Shown here in pieces: positions 21,528 to 32,790 of a stretch of 64,000 nucleotides of DNA (its first letter is position 1; every line of letters starts with the position of its first letter). The position numbers and the translations under genes are program-made. The DNA lies in contig NC_042997.1 of the NCBI RefSeq assembly GCF_006345805.1, forward strand, positions 87,854,001 through 87,918,000. Direction: 5' to 3'. The notes beneath the pieces were generated by a model. It had not been told where the DNA came from, made no database searches, and was given only the letters and a program-made list of their open reading frames with translations. The stretch comes from Octopus sinensis (Eukaryota).

Positions 21528-22722
21528 CGTTAATATCCAGGATATGTTGCCTGACCAAGTATGGTATGATCCTGGTTACTAACGCTGCAAGGTTTCGATT
21601 CTAGGATTCGTTGCATTGCAAAAATAGTAAAATGTGAGAAAACTAGTTGCCATGTCTTTGCATCTCGTCCAAATAAACATAAGAAAGACATAAACATTAC
21701 ACCAGTCATGGGCAACCTGCGGTTCACATGAATTTCTGAATGACGTACCGAACAAAAAATTACCTTTATTGTTCTTAGTAGTGCGACCCACCTGATGATG
21801 AACCATGTCTCGTGTGGTCCTCTTCTATGCTTGCACTATACTATCCTATCATCAATCCCTGAAAACTTGGTGATATTAAGTAAAAAAAAAAATTGTTTTA
21901 TTAGCGGTAATGTTCGCTATAGAATTCTAAACCTGTAAGTAGATTTTTTCTCTCATTTGCATCATCGAAAAATAAAAAAAAAAGGTGGTGGAGGGTTGAC
22001 ATCATAACTTTCCATTGGAATTAGAGGAAGTCCTGGAAGAGATGTCACAAAGATCTTTATTTTTAGAGTAAAGGAAATCAAATGCTACAGTATTTGTGCC
22101 TTTTATGTGGATAGAAACCAAAATGCGATATTTGCTCGCATAGTAACTTATTGTACTCAATTATAAAAGTAATTTTTTTCACTACTCATAAGGTCAATTT
22201 TTCTCACAAATGTTGTATAAATGATTGAATACTGATACCGGCACCAATTTTTTCAGCGTCTAAGAGAATAATATCAAGGACTCTTGTTTCAATTCTTCGC
22301 CACTCTCTTGCCTCGTTCCAAATGGTTTCTGTCATTTTTTTTTTTTTTTGAGAGCTTGTAAACACTAAGCCGAATCGCATTCTTCCCTTCAGTGATGGCT
22401 GGTTTCTGGTTGGCAGACTTTGAAACAGTAGAGGCAGATATTACAAAATGTATTACAACTGTTGCGTTAACGAATACTGAGTCTGGATGCGTTTGTACAG
22501 AATTCCATGAATATAGATTTGTTATTTTCTTTCTGGACCTTTAATTTGACTGGAGATAAATTTTGTCGGAGTGAAAAATGGGATATTTTTTTTATTTATA
22601 AGAAATTGCAAGAGTGTTATAATTGTTTTCAGCATTCTGTAGAGACGTAGTGGTCTGAGAGTTACAGTAAAGACAAATCCGAGACATGATCTCGATTCAC
22701 TAGCAGCTTTAATGGTACTCAC

Positions 22723-22855
22723 TATAGCAGAATGTCAGGAAATATAATGAGTTTTTCGGCATTTTTTTTTTTTTTTTACAGCTGGTCAACTTTTACATAT
22801 CTCTCAACTACTGCAGAGGCTGCACTCCGCTAGCAATAATAAACGATACAACTGA
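22723..22855 (-). promoter_or_regulatory. candidate initiator and non-coding first exon of a minus-strand transcript
   Basis: TCAGTT (22855-22850) on minus strand; GTGAGT donor starting at 22722. Confidence 0.35.
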
Positions 22856-22879
22856 CGTTGCTGCTGCTGCTCTCCTCTT

Positions 22880-23134
22880 AATGCTTTTGTTACTCTTCGC
22901 CCACTACTTTGCTTTCTCCTTTTCTTCTTTAGTGTTCATCTTTTCTTTCATTTTTTCTCACGTCTTCTTCTTCTTCTTCTTCTTCTTCTTCTTCTTCTTC
23001 TTCTTCTTCTTCTTCTTCTTCTTCGTCTTCTTCAATTGTTTTTGTTTATTTCGATTTACATATCGTATTTCTTACCATTTCTTTCTTTTCCCGCTCTTTT
23101 CCCGTTTCTCTCGTCCCGATGGAATCCATCTCAT

Positions 23135-23170
<36 letters not shown>

Positions 23171-24020
23171 ATGTTTTTTCCTCATGCTACGTTCACGTTT
23201 CTTTCATTCCTATTCTATCACACTTCTATTATTTTATTATTCCATTCATATTTAGGATGCTTTTTTCATGAACTTCGTTTCTTTCTGATCCTTCTTTCCT
23301 TTTTCGTGTCTCTTTCTTTTAAATCCCTCCTGATTATTTTCTTCCCCCTTTTGTTCCTCTTCAATTCCATTTCTTTTATTTTTTTCTCTTCTCTTTCTAT
23401 TTTTCACATACTTATATTCACATTTTTTCGCCACTATCCCACTATCTTACCACTTCTATCACTCTCCCGCCACTTAAATCAGTTTTCTCACATGTTCCTA
23501 CTATCTCTTAGTTTCATTCGGTCCAACACCATCCATTGATCAGTTCACCATTTCTTCCTTTGATCCACTTCTTTCCTCTTTCTTTCTCTCATATCTTTCA
23601 CGTTTTTATCCCATTTTCACATTTACTAATTTCTTTCCCATTCCATCAATCTTCATTTATTTTATATCTTTGTAATTTCTATTCTCTCCGATTCCAACCG
23701 ATTCTTTTTACTCTTCTCTTTCTCCATCTGCTCTAAGCATTCTCCCCAGCTCTTCTTTTACCCGCTTTCTTTCCTCTCAGTCTCTCTTCCTTACTCCTCC
23801 TCAGTCATTAACCCTCCTCACTTTCACACTCACTATTTTTTTACAATTTCGATGTAATCCCTCCCTTTATATCTCTCTGCAACACTCCCTCTTATCTTTC
23901 TGCCTTTTCCTCCTCTTCCTCCCTCCCCCACTCTCGATCACTTTCTTTCCTCCCTCCTTTCACTTTCCTTTTCTCTCACTTTCACTCCCTCTCCATCTCA
24001 CTGGATCTTTTGCCTCTCTT
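22880..24020 (+). repeat. 1.1-kb polypyrimidine tract including (CTT)n 22963-23033 and (CT)n ~23136-23165
   Basis: direct reading. Confidence 0.9.
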
Positions 24021-24021
24021 G

Positions 24022-24360
24022 TCAGTCATACACCGTTCTGTTCAGTTCTGTTCTTGTGTGTTCAGCTCCACCCTTCACCGTACTGTTGCAGACGACAGTT
24101 GCTACAGTAGAGGAATGATGCTTATCGTTGCCAATTTCCACTGGCCCTTCAGTATTGATTTGAGAAATCAGGCAAAAGATTTCAGATTCATAACTCTAAC
24201 TCAATGGAAAACAAAGCTAAGGTGGTCATAAATTTAAGGGAAGAACAAGAAAAGAGGTGAAACAAAAGTTGACAATAAATTTCCGTGAAGAAATGAAACA
24301 CGAAAAATATTCCTAATACTTAAAAAAAAAAAAACAGAAAAAACATATACTGTGTATTCG
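24022..24360 (+). promoter_or_regulatory. candidate initiator(s) and 5'-UTR exon of a plus-strand gene
   Basis: TCAGTC (24022) and TCAGTT (24042); consensus donor CG|GTGAGT at 24360/24361. Confidence 0.45.
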
Positions 24361-24541
24361 GTGAGTGAAATGTTTACTTAACAAACTTAATGTTTTAGGA
24401 AAATATTCATATCATTGAGGAATGTTTGTTTATTGTATGTTTTCTCAAGCAATAACTATAAGAGAGATAAAATTTGAGAACAAAAGAAAACAATGAACAA
24501 ACTTAAAGGATCAACTTCGTAACTACATATTCTAACAAAGC

Positions 24542-24606
<65 letters not shown>

Positions 24607-24982
24607 TTCATTGAATTTCGAAAGTAGTCACCTAAAAGTATAAAAGGTACGCTAAAAGTACACAAAATAATATACTCACTCCGAGAAACAATAAAGAGAA
24701 GGAAATAAAACTAACGAAAAATGTCAACTTGAATAACACAGGGAAATGTTATTTTACTGAATTTACTACACATATACGCATACATATATTTTGCATTATT
24801 ATATATGTATACATTACTCGTATAGGATCATAAGTTAAGTTCACGAGTTCACATTTCGTTCAGACTTAGTTAAACGGAAAACAGTAATAAAGAGAAAATT
24901 TTAAAATTCTTGAAGAACCTGTGGAAGTAAAAGGGAGAAAAAAGGCCGAATTCCTCCTGGAATAGCATGGCCACAGTTGGAG

Positions 24983-25082
24983 ATGTACACTGATTTGGGT
25001 CCTTGTGATCAAGATTCCGACGAATGTATTTCTCTGAATGAGTTTCACGTTTGTAACCAGGAATGCCCACTTCTTTCCAAAG
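24983..25082 (+). CDS. probable first coding exon of an unidentified gene (MYTDLGPCDQDSDECISLNEFHVCNQECPLLSK.., phase-1 end); full exon 24864-25082
   Basis: acceptor tttcgttcag| at 24863, donor AAG|GTAAAT at 25082/25083; non-repetitive acidic N-terminal-like peptide; downstream exons not identified. Confidence 0.5.
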
Positions 25083-25209
25083 GTAAATATATATTATATG
25101 TATATATTGTTTTTTGTTTCTATTCTCTAAATAAATGTTCTTCAACTCTATACGTGGATTTAGAAATCGTCGCAAAGACCATACTGGAGCAGTAAAATCG
25201 GATATTCGT

Positions 25210-25411
25210 ATATGAATGTGTGTGTATGTATATATATGTACATATATAGACATATATATATATATATAGATATATATATGTATATATGCATCTACTGGCA
25301 CAAATATATCTATCAATCTATCCATCTATCCACACACATAGGTACACACACAGGTGTGAAAATGCATGTGTGCGTATATGTATATAAATATTCATGTGTA
25401 TGTATGTATAT

Positions 25412-25466
<55 letters not shown>

Positions 25467-25735
25467 TATGTATGTGTGTGTGTATATATGTGTGTGTGTA
25501 TATATATATATGTGTGTGTATATATATATATGTATATATAATTTGCATATATGTGTGAATAGAAATATGAGTATATATAAGTATACAGATGTATGTATAT
25601 ATATGGGTGTATACGAAATACATTTATGGGAAAATATGTATTTATGTATATATATATGTATGTGTGTATGTATATGTATGTGTCTATATATATATCTATA
25701 TATATATATATACACATATATACACACACACACAT
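25210..25735. repeat. (TA)n/(TG)n compound microsatellite field
   Basis: direct reading; source of the YIYI pseudo-ORFs. Confidence 0.95.
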
Positions 25736-26289
25736 GACTATACATGGACATAAATATACATAGCATATCATCCTCATTATCATCCAGTCTTTATTGCTTT
25801 CATGGGTCGGACGAAATTTATTGAGGTAGATTCCCTTGTTGCGAACCCTTACCTGTTTCCTAGTAATGTCCCCCATGGCAAGGCATGTTTTTGCAGACTT
25901 GTAAATGCCATTCATTTACAGCAATCACGTGATGTCAAGACAAAGAGACAAAACACTGGTATAAGTAGAAGACACTTAACTAAGGTACCATGCTGTAGGA
26001 CTGAACTTGAAATCATAGAGTTGGGAAGCAAACTGCCTAACTATATTGCCACTTCTGTACCCCTCACTTTATACACACACATATAATTATTAGAAACAGA
26101 AGCAGTATTAATACAAAAAGATAATGTTTATCCTCACTTAAAAGTGGATACACTGAAAACCAATATAAAATTTCCTCTCATGGTAACTATTGCAGTATTG
26201 TATTCTAACACAGCATCCTCTTTTAAGTGGGGGTATATATATATATATATATATATATACATACACATGCACATAAATACATACATAGG

Positions 26290-26660
26290 TTAGGCTATGT
26301 GTTGAAGAAACTCACTATCCAATAACATGATTTTGTCTTACTGTGGACTACCTTAGTCAAGTATATTCTGTTATAACTGAGTTGACCAAGGACTTGTGAG
26401 TGGATTTGGTAAATGGAAACTGAAAGAAGCCTGTGGTGTATGTGTGTGAGTGTGTATTTGTGTCTCCTCTTGATATCATGCCATAGTTGAAAATGAGTGT
26501 AACTGTCATTTATTGCCAATATCCCATGGAAAGATGTGTGGCAATGGGGAAACATCATCTTGTTTAGAAACACATGAAGTCTGAAGACACAAAGGGCATC
26601 TGGACATTGAAAATCTGCCTCAATAAACTCAAACACATGCAAGTATGAAGAGTGACTGTT
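26290..26660 (+). mobile_element. OR-type SINE with alternative 3' tail (relatives at 25770-26060, 27005-27385 and 62130-62520, all reverse)
   Basis: OR head and core, then ggggaaa.at.a.cttg...gaaac..gggcatc..aaaatctgcctcaataaa tail. Confidence 0.7.
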
Positions 26661-27539
26661 AATATGATGATGTGTGTGTGTATATTTGTATCTATATGTG
26701 TGTGTACATATTATACACATGTGTATGCAATATATATACATTTATATGTATGTATACATGTGTTATGTAAATGTATGTGTATTTATTTCTCTATATAATG
26801 TATGTATGTGTATACATATTTATGTATGTGTGTATGTATATATGTATGTATGTACACACTCAGATATACACATGCTCACTCTAAAGCATATGTATATTGA
26901 GTTCTAACAACTGTTTATTAGTATCACTATGCCTAAGTGAAATCATAAAACATATTTGTATATACAAATGTATATAGGTATAAGTATGTATATATAAATA
27001 TCAAACTTGCACTGGTCAAAGAGAATTTGTTGAGGCAGATTTTCTATTGTTGGATGCCCTTCCTGTTGCCAACTCTCATTTGTTTCGAAGCAAGGTAATA
27101 TTTCCCCATGGCCAAATATATATTTCACAGAATACTGGAAACCAACAACGTCACTTGTTGGTGACTCTCGCTTACAACCATCATGTGATAAGACAACAGT
27201 GCATATGCATACACGCTCACACATCGGTACATATATACAATGTGTTTCTTTCAGTTTCTGTCTACCAAATCCATTCACAAGTTCTTGGTTGGCCTAGTGC
27301 TATTGTAGAAGTTACTTGACTAAAATGCTGCACAGTGGGACTGAACCTGAAACCACATGGTTAAGAAACATGCTTTTTAACCACTCATTGTCTATGTGTG
27401 TGTGTGTGTATACACAAACATTCACATATGTACATATAGATATTATATGTTATACATGTGTACATACATGTATATACACGATATAATGAGCAAATATAAT
27501 AAAAAGAGAAAATGAGAAGGGCATGTTAAACAAAAGTGT

Positions 27540-27900
27540 TATTACTGTAATTTTTGAGAGGAAGGGAAAGTGTCTTTAACGTTTTGGATTCTAAACCTTC
27601 ATCAGAAAAAGGATAGAAGGGAAAGAAAAAGGAGGAAAGATGGGGGAGGAAAAAATGGAAAGGACTCAGGGGCCAGGTGAGATGCAGTTGTGTGTGAAAG
27701 AATTAGGAGGAGATGTGTATATGTAGGAAGGTATTCATGTATGAAGACAGGTATGGGAGAGGTGTGGGGTGCAGGTGGTTTTCGGGATGTGTGGAGAGGT
27801 GCAAGTGTGGGAGTGTAGTGGTGTGTGATAGGCTGTGTGTGAGAGGAGGTGAGTAGGTGAGAGGAAGTCTTGGTGGAGTTGAAAAGGAAGGTAAGACATA
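27540..27900 (-). mobile_element. Penelope-like 3' remnant with decayed minimal hammerhead
   Basis: minus strand 27611-27573: ctttttCTGATGAagg..cc(G>A)AAAcgttaaaga. Confidence 0.55.
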
Positions 27901-28149
27901 TTTATATATATGTGTGTGTGTGTGTATGCACATGTATATGTATGCGTGTGTATATGTATATATATATGTATGTATGTATACATATAATGTTCATCTATTT
28001 CTCTGTCTGTCTGTCTATCTAACATTAGAAAAAAACTCTCATATAGACACCCATCTTTATTTATTTCTTCACAGTTTCTACTGGTCATTCTCTCTCTTTC
28101 TTCTTCAAGAACCTGCTTTCTTCATCTCCTCACTTCTCTCATACTTGTC

Positions 28150-28410
28150 CCATAGCTTGAAGCTGACCACCCCCTCCTGTCCCATGGGGTTTATAGTCTT
28201 GTGAGCTGCATGGTAACTTCAACAGTGCTGCTGCCACAATAGAAGTATCCAGTACATCCTGTAAAGTGGTAGGTGTTAGGAAGGGTACCCAGTTGTAGAA
28301 ACCATGTCAAAAAAGATGCTACTGCTCAGTGCAGTCCTTGGACCCATCAGATCCTGTCCAAGCCATCCAATGCATGTCAGCATGGAACATGAATCTTAAA
28401 TGATGATCTT
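28150..28410 (+). mobile_element. RTE LINE 3' UTR fragment
   Basis: gtaaagtggt.ggtgttaggaaggg..cag.tgtagaaacc..ccatccaa..catg.cagcatggaa..taaatgatgat. Confidence 0.7.
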
Positions 28411-28450
28411 AGGTGTATAAATATATTATCTGTCTGTTAACTATATATAT

Positions 28451-28755
28451 CTGTGATCACCGTGACCGACCAGGCCATCAGATGTTGCTACACATCGCTG
28501 GTCACAATGCGTTTCACATTATTTTAGCCTTCAAATGACGCCACCCCGCTGGTTAAGCGAGCAGGCCAACAGAAGAAAGAGTGAGAGAAAGTTGTGGCGA
28601 AAGAGTACAGCAGGGATCGCCACCACCCTCTGCCGGAGCTTCATGGAGCTTTAGGTGTTTTCGCTCAATAAACACTCACAACGCCCGGTCTGAGAATCGA
28701 AACCGCAATCCTACAACCGCGAGTCCGCTGCCCTAACCACTAGGCCATTGCACCT

Positions 28756-28757
<2 letters not shown>
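28451..28757 (-). mobile_element. full-length tRNA-derived SINE (octopus OK-type), young
   Basis: minus strand ggaggtgcaatggcctagtggttagggcagcggactcgcgg..ggtttcgattctcagaccggg with A/B boxes; CpGs intact; (TA)n flanks. Confidence 0.85.
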
Positions 28758-28789
<32 letters not shown>

Positions 28790-29200
28790 CTTTTATCTTT
28801 TACTCGTTTCAGTCATTTGACTGTGACCATGCTGGAGCACCGCCTTGAAGGGTTGTAGTGCTCTTAGACTTATTTTTTGAAGCCTAGTACTTATTCTGTC
28901 AGTCTTTTTTGCTGAACCGTTAAGTTATGGGGACATAAACATACCACCACCTGTTGTCAAGTGGTGGCATGAGACAAACAAACACAAAGATACACACACA
29001 TAGATATGTACGTACATATATATATATGTATATATATACACAACAGGCATCTTTCAGTTTCCATCTACCAAATCCATTCATGCAGCTTTGGTTAGCCTGA
29101 GACTATAGTAGAAGACACTTGCCCAAGGTGTCATGCAGTTGGACTGAACCCGAAACCATGTGGTTGAGAAGCAAGCTTCTTACCACACAGCCATGCCTGC
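28790..29200 (-). mobile_element. full-length OR-type SINE
   Basis: family motif on reverse strand. Confidence 0.9.
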
Positions 29201-29439
29201 ATATATAAATAATTATTTAAACTTTGGTTATACTGTTGATTAAAGCACTTTCACTGTCTATAGCTACCTAATATCATCCACAGTTTTAATGGATCTCCTC
29301 AGGAATTCTGCATTGTTCGTTGAGTATATTAACAAATGAGGGGAAACAGAAAATGGAATTCACAAGACTATTATAAAGATTCTCGTGAATTCCATTTACC
29401 ATTTCCTTCATTTGTTATATATAAATATATATATAGGCA

Positions 29440-29909
29440 CTGGCATGGCTGTGTGGTAAGAAGCTTGCTTCCCAACCACATGGTTCTGAGTTCAGTTCCA
29501 CTGTGTGACACCTTGGGCAAGTGTCTTCTACTATAGCCTCAGGGTGACCAGATCGTTATGAGTGAATTTAGTGGACAGAAACTGAAAGAAGCCTGTTGCG
29601 CATATATATATATATACATGTATTTATATATATATATACATGTATTTATATATATATATTATATATATATATATATATATATTTATGTGTGTCTAATTTT
29701 GTGTCTGTTTGTCTCACCACTATTGCTTGATAACCAGTGTTGGTATGTTTACATCCACGTAACTTAGTGGTTCGGCAAAAGAGACTAAATACTAGGCTTC
29801 AAAAGAAGAAGTCCTGGGATTGATTTCTTCAACTAAAAAACTCTTTAAGGCAGTGCTCCAGCATGGCCGCAGTAAAAAAAATGACTGAAACATGTAAAAC
29901 AATAAAAGG

Positions 29910-29910
<1 letters not shown>
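29440..29910 (+). mobile_element. full-length OR-type SINE with internal (TA)n
   Basis: ggcatggctgtgtggtaagaagcttgcttcccaaccac..gtgctccagcatggccgcagt..atgactgaaac. Confidence 0.9.
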
Positions 29911-29964
<54 letters not shown>

Positions 29965-29966
<2 letters not shown>

Positions 29967-30700
29967 TGTTGATCAGATTAACTGAAACTCTCATTGTTGT
30001 AAACAATAGAGTGCCATATAGCTTTTAAAGCCCTTACTAGCAATTCATCTACTCCTAAGTTCCTTAGGGCCCACTAGATAGCAGAAGGAGAGAATCTTTT
30101 TGAAAACCCTTCTCAAGATCACCAAATGGAAAGTATAGAAGCTAACTTTCAGCTAAGTATTTCTCTTGCAGTTGTATCACTAATAATATGCTATTAGGTG
30201 TATGTCTTCCTGGTGCAAAGCCAAACTGCATCTCATCAAGGATAATCCTGTTCCCAATCAGTTTTATAACTTCAACAATCTGATGTCTGTGTAATTACCC
30301 CACTCTCTCTCTCTCCCTTGAGAACTTCACTTGTCTTTATTAATGTTTATAATAATGTTGCAACACCACTTACAAGGTATGATACCTGTTAGTATTCCCT
30401 GTTCAACTATTTGAAAAACTAAGCTGTGTACCCTGCTTTACTCAGATGTTTTAAGCATACCAATGACTGTCTTTGATGAACCAATGGCTTTCCCTACCTC
30501 TATATATTTACTTACCCATTCTAGCATACTTCTGTCAACTTAACAGGCTAATGCCTCTGTTGGTCCGACTTGGGGCAGACTTAAACTCTCTCATGCATTG
30601 TCCAAACTCTCCAGCCTCTTATAACACTTTCATGCATATCTACATCAATAACTCTGCCTTTATATGAGTGACTGGACAAAAGAAAGAGGCACTCAACACA
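29965..30700 (-). pseudogene. RTE-clade LINE reverse transcriptase fragment
   Basis: translation DEMQFGFAPGRHTPNSILLVIQLQEKYLA..DLEKGF..WALRNLGVDELLVRA. Confidence 0.85.
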
Positions 30701-30821
30701 TTTAATACAAGTTACAGATAGTATTATTCAAAACAGTTTGATTTGGCTCCATGTAACTTAAGTTTTGTAGGCTTCTCACTGAAACATAGGTAGGTTTCTT
30801 ACAGAAGACACACACGCACAC

Positions 30822-30823
<2 letters not shown>

Positions 30824-30878
<55 letters not shown>

Positions 30879-30898
30879 TGTATATATATGTAGAGATG

Positions 30899-30937
<39 letters not shown>

Positions 30938-31084
30938 TTGTGTAGATATGTGTGTATATATATGTGTGTGTGTATGTATATATATGTGTGTACATATTTA
31001 AATATGTATGTATATATAGGTGTGTATATATATATGCATATATGTATGTGTGTGTATATATATATGTGTGTGTGTGTATATATG

Positions 31085-31124
<40 letters not shown>

Positions 31125-31130
31125 CGCACA
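30824..31130. repeat. (TA)n/(TG)n compound microsatellite
   Basis: direct reading. Confidence 0.95.
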
Positions 31131-32099
31131 TATAGAGCTATACATATACTCATATACATCTACGTATATGTTTATATATTCATCTAAATATATACCTAGA
31201 TAGAGGATGTGGATGCTCAGAGCAGTTGATGTCTACATGGGTCTCTAATTTATTGTTAGTGGCTGCAACAGCCTGTTGAGTCTATGGGGTATGTGTGCAT
31301 TTGTACAACGGAGTTTGCGAAACAGTTGGGTATCTGTGAGCTGGAGGTGAGGAGGGGTGAATGTGTTTTCGTATATATATATATATTATATATATATATA
31401 TATATATATCGATGCATATAGACATTTTTTGTGTATATATATCCTTACTCCATAAAGCAATATAGTCACTGAACGTCTACTTAAATGCTCAATTGCATCT
31501 CTGTGTTTTGTTGCTTCATATCATACTTGGTTGTCTTATAGTTTTATGACCTTATTTAATAATGTATCTTTATTAACAGAACATAGTACCTGCTCATTGA
31601 ATACTTATCAGTTTTTTTTAATTATATATTTATTTCATTTATGAGTAATTATTATAAGTAGGTTTATTAACTATGAAAGGAGCTGTACTTTAGTCCAAAT
31701 CATTCTAAACCATGATATCCCCTGTAGACAACCAGCTGCAGGCAAATAACGAAATGTGTTATAATTGAACTAAGCAAAGCCAAGTTTAATGAGCAAGGTA
31801 CTTTTGAAAAGTCACCTGATTAGACACATCTGCACCAAATGATGTACCACAACCAGTTCAGATTCTCACCTGTGAAGGACCAATGCACAATTGGTCAAAA
31901 TGACTGTAGTGATTAATAAAGAATCTCATGAATTCTATTTTCTCTTTGTCTCATTTGTTGGATCTGAAGGAATTCCTAAAGTAAATCCAGTAGTACTTAT
32001 ATCCATACTGTTGATGTCATCAGGTAGCCAAAAACAGTGAATGTGCCTTAAATGGCATGCTACCAGGTGTATACCCAAATTTAAAATTACTACTTGTGT

Positions 32100-32320
32100 G
32101 TGTATCATCATCATCCTTTAATGTTCGGTTTCTATGCTTGTATGGGTTGGACAGTTTGACTGGAGCTGGCAAACCAGAGAGCTGCACCAGGTTCCAGTAT
32201 GATTTGGTTTGGTTGCTATGGCTGGATGCCCTTCTTAATGCCAACCATTTTACAGTGTATGCTGAGTGCTTTTAACATGCCACGTACAAGTGCTTGCACA
32301 TGGCACTGGCATGAGTGCTT
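32100..32320 (-). mobile_element. RTE LINE 3' end with (GAT)n tail
   Basis: catcatcatc..ttta.tgt..gttt.tatgct.g.atgggttggac..ggatgcccttc.taatgccaacc. Confidence 0.8.
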
Positions 32321-32379
32321 TTTACTTTTTATAGATGTATCCGTGTGTATATATATGCATACATACATACATCAGGAAA

Positions 32380-32790
32380 GTGAGAAAGGCTTTTACGTGT
32401 TGAGCTTACACTCTTCAACAGAAAGAAACACAAGGAAATGAACAAAGAATAAAAAATCTTGTGGATTTAGTAATCAATCATGGTGACTGGTTGGAAAAAG
32501 GTAGTTGGATAGGAGTGCTAGGAAGAAGGGGAGATAATAAGGTACTGGTGATTCCAAAATGAAGGTCCATGTGTGTATGTGAGTGTGTACATGTTTGCGT
32601 GTGGATAGGGGCTAGTAACTCTGACGTGTGGATGTGTAAGCGTGTGCATCTGTAATGTGTGGTTGTGTGGATGATGGTGTATGAGTGTGCAGATGATGGT
32701 GTGTGGTGTGGGTGCTGGGAAGTGGTCAGTACTATTGTGTGTGGAGTGGTATCAGGTGGTGTGGTGTGGTGGTGATGGTGGCATGTGGGT
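32380..32790 (-). mobile_element. Penelope-like 3' remnant with decayed hammerhead
   Basis: minus strand 32425-32389: ctttCTGTTGAagagtgtaagctcAACAcgtaaaag; GT-rich body like 27540-27900. Confidence 0.45.

Noticed and set aside
21703-21725. hAT-like TIR cagtcatgggcaacctgcgg
   Set aside because: No partner TIR or TSD found downstream.
22881-23736. Phe-rich ORFs
   Set aside because: Translation of the (CTT)n/polypyrimidine tract.
25212-25915. Long YI/HT/CV-repeat ORFs (also at 2.8-3.9, 26.7, 30.7-31.2 and 57 kb)
   Set aside because: Dinucleotide microsatellites lacking stop codons.
28680-28757. tRNA-like sequence with A and B boxes
   Set aside because: Head of a SINE; no complete acceptor stem and it continues into the SINE body.
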